The notes beneath the pieces were generated by a model, which was given only the letters and a program-made list of their open reading frames with translations, did no database searches and had not been told where the DNA came from. From the IMG/VR virus record IMGVR_UViG_3300005973_000002: a stretch of DNA of 64,000 bases; one strand, 5' to 3'. A program made the translations under genes and the position numbers. The first letter of the stretch is position 1. Every line of letters starts with the position of its first letter. Origin of the DNA: a virus. Taxonomy: Duplodnaviria; Caudoviricetes. Shown here piece after piece: positions 55,365 to 63,989 of this stretch.

Positions 55365-56212
55365 TAATCAATCTCAAAAATTTTGTCAATTGCCGGATGA
55401 CGATATCGAGCCCTGCCTGTTACACATCGAATATTTGGTGTAATTTGATTATCTGCGCCACCATGTGAGTGACCACAGAGAACTGTGATATTTTTATGCT
55501 GATATTTATCAGCCACTGCTAAAAGCATGTCGCCCATGTGCCTGGACGAAAAATGAGGCATCCAATCATCATCGGATATTTTGCCGTCATAAGTAGAGTT
55601 TTCTCTAAATGGTGGAACGTGTGTTGCCACAAACACATGATCAAACTTTTTGAAAGCCTCATGAAGTTGCTCTTCAATATACTCGGCAGCCTCTTTTGCC
55701 AATTCGTTAATTTTAGCAAAACGAAGCTCTTTGGTTGGACAAGCACTATCTGCAAGTTCTTTAATGAGCAAATAATCATTCAAATATACTCTACTTTTAA
55801 ACCAGTTGGCGTATTGCCCATCATACCAACCATCGTGACCAACCAATGCAATTTTTTCCGTGAGAGGAATTACACCAGAAGTATTGAGCCAGCCAAGACG
55901 AGCCTCCAAAATCATCTTGGAGGTTTCATCATAGGTAAAAAGCCTGCCCATTGTTTCACGGACGTTCTCAATGGAGCCGTTATAATAATCGTGATTTCCC
56001 AAAACAAAGAAAATAGGGCATCTGTGCTCTAGGTTGTAATCCATGAAACCAAGATAATCTACAAGTGATGGTGCTTCGGCAATATCGCCAGTGATGACGA
56101 TGGCCGAAGGTTCCTGAGCTTTTATCTTTCGACAAAAGGACTTAATCCCTTCCTCATGAACAAAATTCAAATGGATATCAGTCGCAAAAAGGAGCTTGAA
56201 ATTGTCAGTCAT
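55364..56212 (-). CDS. calcineurin-like metallophosphoesterase (CpdA/Icc-like)
   Basis: TDIH, TGDIAE, GNHD, THVPP, GHSH. Confidence 0.85.
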   Translation of the reverse strand: MTDNFKLLFATDIHLNFVHEEGIKSFCRKIKAQEPSAIVITGDIAEAPSLVDYLGFMDYNLEHRCPIFFVLGNHDYYNGSIENVRETMGRLFTYDETSKMILEARLGWLNTSGVIPLTEKIALVGHDGWYDGQYANWFKSRVYLNDYLLIKELADSACPTKELRFAKINELAKEAAEYIEEQLHEAFKKFDHVFVATHVPPFRENSTYDGKISDDDWMPHFSSRHMGDMLLAVADKYQHKNITVLCGHSHGGADNQITPNIRCVTGRARYRHPAIDKIFEID

Positions 56213-56221
56213 AGTACGTGT

Positions 56222-56250
56222 ACTATAGCCTAAACTTTTTAAGTTTTAAA
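56222..56250 (-). promoter_or_regulatory. sigma70-like promoter
   Basis: TTTAAA-N17-TATAGT on the - strand, just upstream of the phosphoesterase. Confidence 0.5.
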
Positions 56251-56330
56251 GTCTTTTGCAATGAAACAAAATTTCATAGAAATCTGCAATTTTGCATTTC
56301 TATTTTAGTTGAAGTAATATGTGCAATACC

Positions 56331-56801
56331 TTAGGTATTAATTGGAATCCCTGCTTTGATTAGTCTTTCGAATAATTTCATATTGTAGTGCTTATAGGAA
56401 CACTCATCCCTAAGTAAAGCTTGGGCATTTACCCACATTGGCAACCCTTCACGGGTCATGCAATGCAATTTGCCGCCAACAATTTTTTGTGCAAAAAAAG
56501 TAAAAGATATCATTGTCCGACCAAGTCCAACATACAGAGGAATGAGAGAACTTTTTTCTACTAAAATACCAGTCTCTTCAAAACACTCTCGAACAGCAGC
56601 ATCTTTTGCGGTTTCTTTTACTTCTAAATCTATTTTGCCGCCCGGCAATCCAATGTTTTCAAATTCTTTTCTTTTTGTTATTGCAAGTATGGAACCGTCC
56701 CCACTTGGATTTAGAACCAAAACACAGGCTGACTTTGCGTTAATGAGACCTTCATCAATTTCATTTTCGGTCATAAATGTATTGATATTTAATCTATTCA
56801 C
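56331..56801 (-). CDS. Nudix hydrolase
   Basis: GLPGGKID...ETAKDAAVRECFEETG Nudix box. Confidence 0.88.
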   Translation of the reverse strand: MNRLNINTFMTENEIDEGLINAKSACVLVLNPSGDGSILAITKRKEFENIGLPGGKIDLEVKETAKDAAVRECFEETGILVEKSSLIPLYVGLGRTMISFTFFAQKIVGGKLHCMTREGLPMWVNAQALLRDECSYKHYNMKLFERLIKAGIPINT

Positions 56802-57021
56802 CGTCTTCCCCTAAACTTTTATTGATTATGTTTTGGTGTTTTTTGTTGGTTTTTTCAACCAAACCTTCAAGAAGTAAGCCCAGAGGAGCTGAAATGAACC
56901 CCACCAGTATAACAAATGCAAGCGAAGCAGTGCTAAAATTAAGCAAAGTAGCGACTGTCGCTGCAACTATTGCACAAATGATTATGACCGAAATAAAAAC
57001 AAAATTTCCAATGTTTGACAT
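56794..57021 (-). CDS. small membrane protein
   Basis: Two TM helices. Confidence 0.6.
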   Translation of the reverse strand: MSNIGNFVFISVIIICAIVAATVATLLNFSTASLAFVILVGFISAPLGLLLEGLVEKTNKKHQNIINKSLGEDGE

Positions 57022-57033
57022 AAATTTCCTTTA

Positions 57034-58008
57034 TTATAACCTACAGTTTTTCTTTTTCATCAAGAAGTCAATAAGGTTTTCACCCTCTTGATTTAAGAAA
57101 TTGCGGTAATAAGCATTAGGATGAGAATTTTGCAAAGCAAGAATCGCCGCATCAATTCTTTTTGGGTGAAGCAAATTTGCCCAATAGCCTTTGATTGTAA
57201 ACAGAAACGAATTTATTTCTGGGAACGGTATAACCGTCTGTCGTTCAAAGCGAAGATAAACTTGTTGATCGTCATTCCAAGTCCATTTGTTTTCTACAAA
57301 TTTATTTGGATGCAAATTCAAAACCCTGTCAGAACGAAAAGAGATAGCACCAACCCTTTGAACTGGTGTACCCATGCGAATTATTCCATTTACCATAGCG
57401 GATGGATTTTTAATGATTGGACGTCCGTCAACCTTCGTTACACGCTCATGAATCTGAGCAAAGGATTTGCCCACAACAGTCGAAGCACTCCAGCCAGCGG
57501 GCGACATTAAATGAGCGGTAGAAACAAAATCATTCCCGTCTGAATTTACCGAGCAAATAACAAGATCTTCTGGGACTTGCATAGCCAATGCATCTAAAGC
57601 ATCAGCATAGTCGGGCTTGTTTCCAAATAAATCTTCAGCACCGATAAGTTCGTAATCTTTATCAAACTGAATAAACTCCAACTTAAACGCAACCCAAAGC
57701 TTGTTGTTGTTTTCATGCCATTTGAACAAATGAGGATAATCAGTACAAAGCCGATCAATAATGAACCTGATAATTGGTGCTCGATTTATAGCTCCCGCAA
57801 ACTGATAATAACTAGATAAATCTTCTTTATGAGATTTGTTTTTGTTATCCATGAACCAAGAGTGAAATTCATCAATTTGAAAGATGTTTCTGTGTTTTTG
57901 TGGAACTGCTGCAAGTTTTGTCATCACAGCAGAAGAAGGTGGAAGGCTCCCACCCTTTAGGGGGTAATAATCTAAAACATCAGTATCTTCCAACATAGGA
58001 ATCCTCAT
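57034..58008 (-). CDS. DUF3445 / heme-dependent oxidative N-demethylase alpha-subunit-like protein
   Basis: LAMQVPEDLVI, SPAGWS....GKSFAQIHERV, LRFERQTVIPFPE...LFTI. Confidence 0.75.
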   Translation of the reverse strand: MRIPMLEDTDVLDYYPLKGGSLPPSSAVMTKLAAVPQKHRNIFQIDEFHSWFMDNKNKSHKEDLSSYYQFAGAINRAPIIRFIIDRLCTDYPHLFKWHENNNKLWVAFKLEFIQFDKDYELIGAEDLFGNKPDYADALDALAMQVPEDLVICSVNSDGNDFVSTAHLMSPAGWSASTVVGKSFAQIHERVTKVDGRPIIKNPSAMVNGIIRMGTPVQRVGAISFRSDRVLNLHPNKFVENKWTWNDDQQVYLRFERQTVIPFPEINSFLFTIKGYWANLLHPKRIDAAILALQNSHPNAYYRNFLNQEGENLIDFLMKKKNCRL

Positions 58009-58559
58009 TTGTTCATGTTTTCCGTTTTGGTTCTAAGGCCAATGAGTTTATGTTTCACGAATTTCTTATGACTTTTCAATGCCTGAGAAAATCTTGGTTC
58101 AGCAAGCCCTGTTCCATAACTCCAGGAAAGTGTGTTGTATTTTGCATTATTCCAAACTCGATTGCCGTATGAGCCGATTTCTATGTCGTCAACTTTCCAA
58201 TCGAATCCGATTTCCGTTTCTTCTGCGGTCAAAGAAACACCTTCGCTGACAAAAAAATCCCCAGCCAAAGCCATTATTTCATCTGCTTTACAGTAAGGAT
58301 CTTCTGAATAAAGCTCCACCTTCATGAACCAAGGCTGGTGTAAATCATCCTTGGGTTGATGGTCTCTAAAACATGGAGTGACAGCTACAAGTTTTTTGCT
58401 GGTGTATTTACCATATCCACCATTTACAAATGCTAGAAATGATTGCTCAGCTGAGCCAACCAAAGTGCCCATTGAAGTTTGGAAACAGTTGTCCTGCGGA
58501 GAGTCATCTGGATACGTTATTTGAACAAATCTATCGTCAACAATCCATGGAACTTCCAC
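58005..58559 (-). CDS. minimal class II aaRS (SerRS-like) catalytic core
   Basis: LVGSAEQSF, motif 2 TPCFRD...HQPWFMKVELY, IEIGSYG, motif 3 YGTGLAEPR; no tRNA-binding arm. Confidence 0.75.
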   Translation of the reverse strand: MEVPWIVDDRFVQITYPDDSPQDNCFQTSMGTLVGSAEQSFLAFVNGGYGKYTSKKLVAVTPCFRDHQPKDDLHQPWFMKVELYSEDPYCKADEIMALAGDFFVSEGVSLTAEETEIGFDWKVDDIEIGSYGNRVWNNAKYNTLSWSYGTGLAEPRFSQALKSHKKFVKHKLIGLRTKTENMNK

Positions 58560-58613
58560 ATACCCAAACCTTTACTTTCATAAAAGGAAACGGCACGGGC
58601 AATCCTCCCCCAA

Positions 58614-58904
58614 TCAATCTTCTTCGTCCTGATCGGATGATTCATCTGCTTCCCTTTCTACTCTATTGCCATCCTTGAAAGCTTCAGCTGTACGTTCATT
58701 CATCAAACGAAGATCTTCCATGGTAATACTTGGATGGTGCTTTTCCAAATAACCTTTAATTGCTCCATAAAGATCGGAAAGTTCTGTTAGAAGCATGATT
58801 TCCACACCTTGTTCTTTGGCATCCAGTGCTTCTATCATCTCTTCTTTGATTTTAGAGAAGTCGCCGTATTTGCCACGAGGTATTTTTCTTTTATGATACC
58901 CCAT
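58614..58904 (-). CDS. MazG-like all-alpha nucleotide pyrophosphohydrolase-like protein
   Basis: SKIKEEMIEALDA...LTELSDLYGAI (EExxE...ELxD pattern). Confidence 0.6.
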   Translation of the reverse strand: MGYHKRKIPRGKYGDFSKIKEEMIEALDAKEQGVEIMLLTELSDLYGAIKGYLEKHHPSITMEDLRLMNERTAEAFKDGNRVEREADESSDQDEED

Positions 58905-59225
58905 TTATCCACCCATTTTCTCGTATTCGGACCAGTATGCCTCCTCAATCGGATCAGGAATGGCAGTTGAACCTTGCTCATATCCGTTTTCGTTGAGCCA
59001 TTTTTCTACTCTACTCCACTCGTCAAGTTTAATTAAACCATCAAATTTTCCACCACCAACCCGGTTGGTTATGAATTTAATTTTATTGTCAATCATCCAC
59101 TGGTAAAAGAGCGTGCAATCTTGATGATGTTGTTTGTTAACCTTATATGGGTCCCGCTCTGGAGAAGCTACTGTAATCCAAATATAGGCACCAGCCTCCC
59201 ACTTAACACTTTTCTTTTCACTCAT
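58905..59225 (-). CDS. hypothetical protein
   Basis: 106-aa ORF abutting both neighbours. Confidence 0.6.
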   Translation of the reverse strand: MSEKKSVKWEAGAYIWITVASPERDPYKVNKQHHQDCTLFYQWMIDNKIKFITNRVGGGKFDGLIKLDEWSRVEKWLNENGYEQGSTAIPDPIEEAYWSEYEKMGG

Positions 59226-59628
59226 TTTTGAATCCTGTAGCGTGCTTCATCTTGCGGTAAATTTTTGATTCAATGCGGTCACCTTCAACAAGGTAATACC
59301 ATGGTTTGGCACGGCCCCAGGTGAAAAACAGTGCCTTAACCGGTCCTTCAACAATTTCTTGAATTTTGTGAAAATTATTTCTTGTCATTAATGACACAGT
59401 TCCTGGGGATTTGCGAAAGAGACCCTTCAGCCCTTTTGAAATATATGAGCCCCGCAGAACAACAGTAATGAAGTTCCAAGGATGGCTGTGTAAATGAAAA
59501 TCTTGATCGGCTTTATGTATGGTGTGAACATAAAGGCCAAAAAATGTAGTTTGAATAATTGCATATCTTTCGAAATGCAATTCGCCTTTCCTACTTCGTA
59601 TCTCTTTAACTTTTTGGAAAATTTTCAT
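59218..59628 (-). CDS. cupin-superfamily protein
   Basis: HLHSHPWNFITVVLRGSY ... FHKI. Confidence 0.7.
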   Translation of the reverse strand: MKIFQKVKEIRSRKGELHFERYAIIQTTFFGLYVHTIHKADQDFHLHSHPWNFITVVLRGSYISKGLKGLFRKSPGTVSLMTRNNFHKIQEIVEGPVKALFFTWGRAKPWYYLVEGDRIESKIYRKMKHATGFKNE

Positions 59629-59637
59629 AATGTTTAG

Positions 59638-59712
59638 CCAGACCTGCGGGATTTGAACCTATGTTCTCTGATTTGAAAGGTCGTTGCGTTAGTCTTCTAT
59701 ACTACGGGACTG
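59638..59712 (-). pseudogene. degenerate tRNA-Glu(TTC)-like gene
   Basis: GGTTCAAATCC T loop and CTTTCAA anticodon loop, but mispaired anticodon, T and acceptor stems. Confidence 0.55.
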
Positions 59713-59743
59713 TATTTAATTTTCATTCAAATGATGATGGTTG

Positions 59744-60328
59744 TTACATATCATCATCAAATTCCTCATCATCTTGTTCAAAGTCATCGTAATCCTCAAT
59801 GAAATCCTCGATACGGATAAATACAACCTTGACACCGACGATTTGTCCACTGTTGTCTCGTGATACATAGCAATCATATGCACCGTCGCCGAACCCCGAT
59901 GAAGAAACAACTCCACCATCTAAGACGCCGGCGCCAAGAGCTGATAAAGTAGTCTCACAGGCATTATCATACCAACCACCATCGCCATATTCGTCTTGCC
60001 CACCACCAAATTTAGCTACATCATAGATGCCAGCTTGACCCGAGTCAACGCCAACAGTAATATCGGTTTTTTCTGAAAAACCCATGTTTTGTGAATAATG
60101 ATCAAGGTGAACAGCTTGTACAGACCAGCAGCGATTGCCCCAATCTGTCTTGCCTTTCTGAACAAAACCTTTCCAAATTCCGTTCTTAACATTACCCAAA
60201 GCGCCTGCACACCAAGTACCTGGCGAATAACAAGGATCGGAAACAACAAGCTTTCCTGAGTCGACATTAAACGTCCCAAGCTCAATTGTTTTTTCGGGGA
60301 AATATCGTGGATGTGTAGTATAGACCAT
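59744..60328 (-). CDS. DUF4241-like protein with acidic tail
   Basis: SGKLVVSDPCY, VGVDSGQAGIYD, SSSGFGDG.Y. Confidence 0.7.
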   Translation of the reverse strand: MVYTTHPRYFPEKTIELGTFNVDSGKLVVSDPCYSPGTWCAGALGNVKNGIWKGFVQKGKTDWGNRCWSVQAVHLDHYSQNMGFSEKTDITVGVDSGQAGIYDVAKFGGGQDEYGDGGWYDNACETTLSALGAGVLDGGVVSSSGFGDGAYDCYVSRDNSGQIVGVKVVFIRIEDFIEDYDDFEQDDEEFDDDM

Positions 60329-60330
60329 TT

Positions 60331-60765
60331 TCATTCTCCAACAGGAAAGATTGTTCCTACAGGGGCAGGCTGCCGCCAAGGCGGCTCGTCGCTGTCTTTA
60401 AACAGCCAAACCTCCTCTCCAAACTCATTTGTGAGCGGGAAATTAAATTCACATTCCATTAATGTTTGGATTTTTTGAAGGACATAATCTTGCCAAAAAC
60501 TTACGATAATTTCTCGACTTTCGAGAAGCTCTTTAGTTTCCAAAGTAGGCTCAATGTGATATTCACCATATTCGTCTAGCTTCAGAATCCATTTTGCATT
60601 AAATGCAATATCTGGCACATATTCGCTTTGAACATAATTTAATTCGCAAATTTGAACATAGGCACGGTCATAATATGACTCTGTGAAATCTTCACAGTTG
60701 CCCAGGGCGTTTGAGACACGGCCGTCCAAGTTGACAAAATCACATTTTCCAATCTTGTATCCCAT
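60331..60765 (-). CDS. hypothetical protein
   Basis: 144-aa ORF. Confidence 0.6.
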   Translation of the reverse strand: MGYKIGKCDFVNLDGRVSNALGNCEDFTESYYDRAYVQICELNYVQSEYVPDIAFNAKWILKLDEYGEYHIEPTLETKELLESREIIVSFWQDYVLQKIQTLMECEFNFPLTNEFGEEVWLFKDSDEPPWRQPAPVGTIFPVGE

Positions 60766-60794
60766 AACAACATCCTATCATCAACGGATAAAGT

Positions 60795-61106
60795 CTAAAC
60801 TGGCTCCCAACGGATATTGGCAATTTCATCTCTAATAATGTCATCAAAAACAAGTTGACCTTCCGGGGTCAGAAAAAACAATCTATAGTAATTTCTACTA
60901 CCGCTGTACTCGCCGTCTTCAATAATTGGTTTTCGTACTATATCAACACAACAATAAATGCTATGAGGCTCAGGCCAGTGACGTACAAATCCCTTGTCGG
61001 TCTTTTCACACAAAAGCGATGATGCCCATTGGCGTGTTCCATACAAATCGGGGTCATCGATTTTCCACCTGTATAACTTTCCACGCTTAAAAAAGAGATA
61101 GGTCAT
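60795..61106 (-). CDS. small SH3/KOW-like family protein
   Basis: FKRGKLYRW ... FFLTPEGQLVFD; paralog of the adjacent gene. Confidence 0.6.
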   Translation of the reverse strand: MTYLFFKRGKLYRWKIDDPDLYGTRQWASSLLCEKTDKGFVRHWPEPHSIYCCVDIVRKPIIEDGEYSGSRNYYRLFFLTPEGQLVFDDIIRDEIANIRWEPV

Positions 61107-61432
61107 TCTTCCTCAAAATATTTTGGATGCGGATGCCAGCGGTCAACAATTCGCCTTGAAAAACGACCAAATATGTCGAAAACAATCTTTTCATCAGGCG
61201 AAAGAAACACTATACATGTTACAGTCATCGGCTTGCCTTTTGAGCGATTAACTGTTTTTCTTGTGACTCTGACGCACATGAAAGTTTCACCAATTTTGGG
61301 ATAATATTCTTTGCTGCCATTAAGATCCCAAAGGTGCGTTCTTGGGGTAATGCCTTTGAAATCAAACCGCTCATCAAAACCGCCAAAGATATAAAGCTTG
61401 CCAGAAAGAAAATAATCCTCAGGTTCCATCAA
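61103..61432 (-). CDS. small SH3/KOW-like family protein
   Basis: FLSGKLYIF ... VFLSPDEKIVFD. Confidence 0.6.
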   Translation of the reverse strand: MMEPEDYFLSGKLYIFGGFDERFDFKGITPRTHLWDLNGSKEYYPKIGETFMCVRVTRKTVNRSKGKPMTVTCIVFLSPDEKIVFDIFGRFSRRIVDRWHPHPKYFEEE

Positions 61433-61928
61433 GAGCCTCTTTTAGCAAATCAGTTGGATCTAATAGATTTTTTGGGACTGGACATTCTTTGTGCCACCAA
61501 ACAGTTTCCTTGGTGCCGTGTTCGTAAAGTTCAAAGTGAAGCATAAACCTTGAATGGTCAGGGACATCAGCCCTTTCTTTATTTTTTTTTAGAACTGGAG
61601 AAACGCAAGCAAGGATCTGTCCTTGTTCAATAACATCCCCAACTTTCAGTTTGACAGTAGAAACTTCGCCATAGCAGACCACTCCTGACGGTCCTTCAAT
61701 CAAAATAGCTTGCGTAGGAAGCCACCAAGGCGAGCCGGCTTTTGGACCAGTAAACTCTTCTATTGCTACTACAATACCTGGCTCCACGGCATAAACAAGG
61801 CAAGGCTCGGGCACGTAAAGATCAACGCCTGTATGAATGTCGTATTTCCTTACGGCTGCAAAAGCACCTGGGTGATCTCCAGTTGGGATCTCGCCTTTCC
61901 ATGCAAACAATGGAAATAACCAGGACAT
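61419..61928 (-). CDS. M23-family metallopeptidase
   Basis: HTGVDL, VYAVEPGIV, VKLKVGDVIEQGQIL, LHFELY. Confidence 0.82.
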   Translation of the reverse strand: MSWLFPLFAWKGEIPTGDHPGAFAAVRKYDIHTGVDLYVPEPCLVYAVEPGIVVAIEEFTGPKAGSPWWLPTQAILIEGPSGVVCYGEVSTVKLKVGDVIEQGQILACVSPVLKKNKERADVPDHSRFMLHFELYEHGTKETVWWHKECPVPKNLLDPTDLLKEALDGT

Positions 61929-61933
61929 AACCC

Positions 61934-62248
61934 CTACCTCGGAAGACCATATTCTACACGACAAGAGACGTTGTTTAACTGTATTCGTCTACGTTCCTGG
62001 TTGTAGAAAACGATTCCTTCACCATTGTGTTTCACAAGATAGCGAAACCGACCATTGTGACAGCGAACATCTTCATCATTTTGGCTACAGTAAGTGGCCT
62101 CAGACTCAATGGGTTGACATATCACCGTTCCAGCGTTGCTGGGGTCTTCCATGTGATCATACCTAATGGTATGAAAAATTGCAATAGCAAAAACTATGAA
62201 AATGTTTACCAGAAAAATAGAAACAAAATACTTTTTCACGAACTTCAT
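61934..62248 (-). CDS. membrane-anchored hypothetical protein
   Basis: N-terminal TM helix, Cys-containing ectodomain. Confidence 0.55.
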   Translation of the reverse strand: MKFVKKYFVSIFLVNIFIVFAIAIFHTIRYDHMEDPSNAGTVICQPIESEATYCSQNDEDVRCHNGRFRYLVKHNGEGIVFYNQERRRIQLNNVSCRVEYGLPR

Positions 62249-62442
62249 TCCTGACCCAATTCTTCGATAAAGTCTGGTCCTAATACCAGTACCTTGTAGA
62301 TTTCCTCAAAACCTTCTGACAACCCTTCTAACTTTGCAGCTCTTATGGGGTCGGCACAAATATCAGCCGTCTCACGGACTCGCACAGAGCGTTTGCGCAG
62401 CCATCTACGCAGCAGTTTCACTTGTTTGTCGGTCAGTGCCAT
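62245..62442 (-). CDS. hypothetical protein
   Basis: 65-aa ORF coupled to the next gene. Confidence 0.55.
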   Translation of the reverse strand: MALTDKQVKLLRRWLRKRSVRVRETADICADPIRAAKLEGLSEGFEEIYKVLVLGPDFIEELGQE

Positions 62443-62465
62443 AGAATATAAAACGTTATTAACTT

Positions 62466-62804
62466 TTAGTCGTCCAATTTAATCTTAAAAACACTGGCCA
62501 TTGCATAAATGACGCTCTGTTTGATGATGACATCTTCGTTGTCAATGCCAGAGTTAACCTTTTCAAGAGAAAGTCTGAGTGTTGTTGGACGTTGCTCAGC
62601 AGGAACCATAAGGATAGAGTATATACTAAAAGAATACATCGGAAAGACAACAATTGGCGTGAGCAAGAAGCTCAACGGAGAAAAAGAACGCCAAATGGCG
62701 TTTGTGGCACCCAACTTCTTCATATATCGAAGAGATTGGATATGCACTATCAGTCCTGGCAAAAGGAACAGCAAAGCAAAAAATACCAAAGCCGAAATCA
62801 GCAT
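62466..62804 (-). CDS. membrane protein
   Basis: Hydrophobic segments. Confidence 0.55.
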   Translation of the reverse strand: MLISALVFFALLFLLPGLIVHIQSLRYMKKLGATNAIWRSFSPLSFLLTPIVVFPMYSFSIYSILMVPAEQRPTTLRLSLEKVNSGIDNEDVIIKQSVIYAMASVFKIKLDD

Positions 62805-62813
62805 AATAACCTC

Positions 62814-63446
62814 CTAACAATAACACTCATACATTGGTTTACGACACCTGTTACAGGTTCTGGAATTCTTCCTTTTGAAGATTTCCCAGCAAACTTTGCA
62901 ATAAGTTCCTGCAAAATGACGACCTACCGGTGGATTAGGAAGTTCTTTTTTGCAGGTCGAGCAAATATACAAGTCTTCTTTGGCGAACTTAATCAAGTTA
63001 AATAGCGTTACCACGAAAAGAGGGGCTCCTTCTTCAACCAAATTATCAAAACTGGAAATGCCAAAGGGACCTTCCTTACCCAAGGCTGACATGCCATCGT
63101 CCGCCCAACGGTCAAAGACTATTGTGGTGTTTGGAAAACCTTCTTTATTCTCACAAGATACAGAAACCATTATAGTAACATAATTTTTTTTATCCCCCCC
63201 AGGTGGTTTTTCTCTACCAACACATTCACCAGTAACAACATTGTAGGAAAGTGTGCGATTGACAGTGACAGAACGATATTTGGCGGGGTGATACGGGTTT
63301 TCCCTTAAAGAAAGGATTTTTTCCTTGGCCTGACTCATTACCCAAATTGATGGGCTTTGATCACCAATCATGCATCGTGTACATAATTCGTATTCGCCAT
63401 AACCTGACCAACATTGGTTTTCACAATTTTTGCAAATATTTGGCAT
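62814..63446 (-). CDS. multi-zinc-finger hypothetical protein
   Basis: Five CxxC pairs. Confidence 0.65.
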   Translation of the reverse strand: MPNICKNCENQCWSGYGEYELCTRCMIGDQSPSIWVMSQAKEKILSLRENPYHPAKYRSVTVNRTLSYNVVTGECVGREKPPGGDKKNYVTIMVSVSCENKEGFPNTTIVFDRWADDGMSALGKEGPFGISSFDNLVEEGAPLFVVTLFNLIKFAKEDLYICSTCKKELPNPPVGRHFAGTYCKVCWEIFKRKNSRTCNRCRKPMYECYC

Positions 63447-63482
63447 TTAGTTTTCTAACATCAAAGATTTTATAAAATCTTG

Positions 63483-63989
63483 TCAAAACTCAACTGGTTT
63501 AGTTGCCTTTTCAGTTTTCTCCATAAGTGGCTGTGACGCTTTTTCAAAAACAGAGACAGTGCGAGGATTGTGCTTCAATCTATCATAGAAATTGAGTATA
63601 GGTGTGAAGATAATTCCAAGGAAAATAAACACAACCATGATAGTATAAATAGGCAAAGCAATAATGGCAGATGGTAGTATCAGCAATGCGTGATGCCATT
63701 CTACCAAATAAAATTTATCGTTCATTAATTTGGCTACTGTTTCGTTTGTAAATTTACAACAAAAACTCGCAGACCAAAGAATGCCAGCCAAGCCCCCAAT
63801 AAAGCCAATGACGGCACTCATGAACCAAATTAGCATCATGGCGTTAGCCATTGATTTGCCAACCAAGGCGAAAAGCAGACTTGATTTGAATCCAGTGCCC
63901 AGCACAAAGACCCAAGATACGGGGATTGCTGACAATACTGTTGCCAAAATAACCAGCAACAAAGCTCTAACAATGTTCAGTCGGTACAT
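63483..63989 (-). CDS. polytopic membrane protein
   Basis: Several TM helices. Confidence 0.6.
   Translation of the reverse strand: MYRLNIVRALLLVILATVLSAIPVSWVFVLGTGFKSSLLFALVGKSMANAMMLIWFMSAVIGFIGGLAGILWSASFCCKFTNETVAKLMNDKFYLVEWHHALLILPSAIIALPIYTIMVVFIFLGIIFTPILNFYDRLKHNPRTVSVFEKASQPLMEKTEKATKPVEF

Noticed and set aside
58005-58559. Functional seryl-tRNA synthetase (serS)
   Set aside because: Too short (184 aa) and lacks the tRNA-binding coiled coil and dimerisation motif, so it is reported as a paralogous core without a gene symbol
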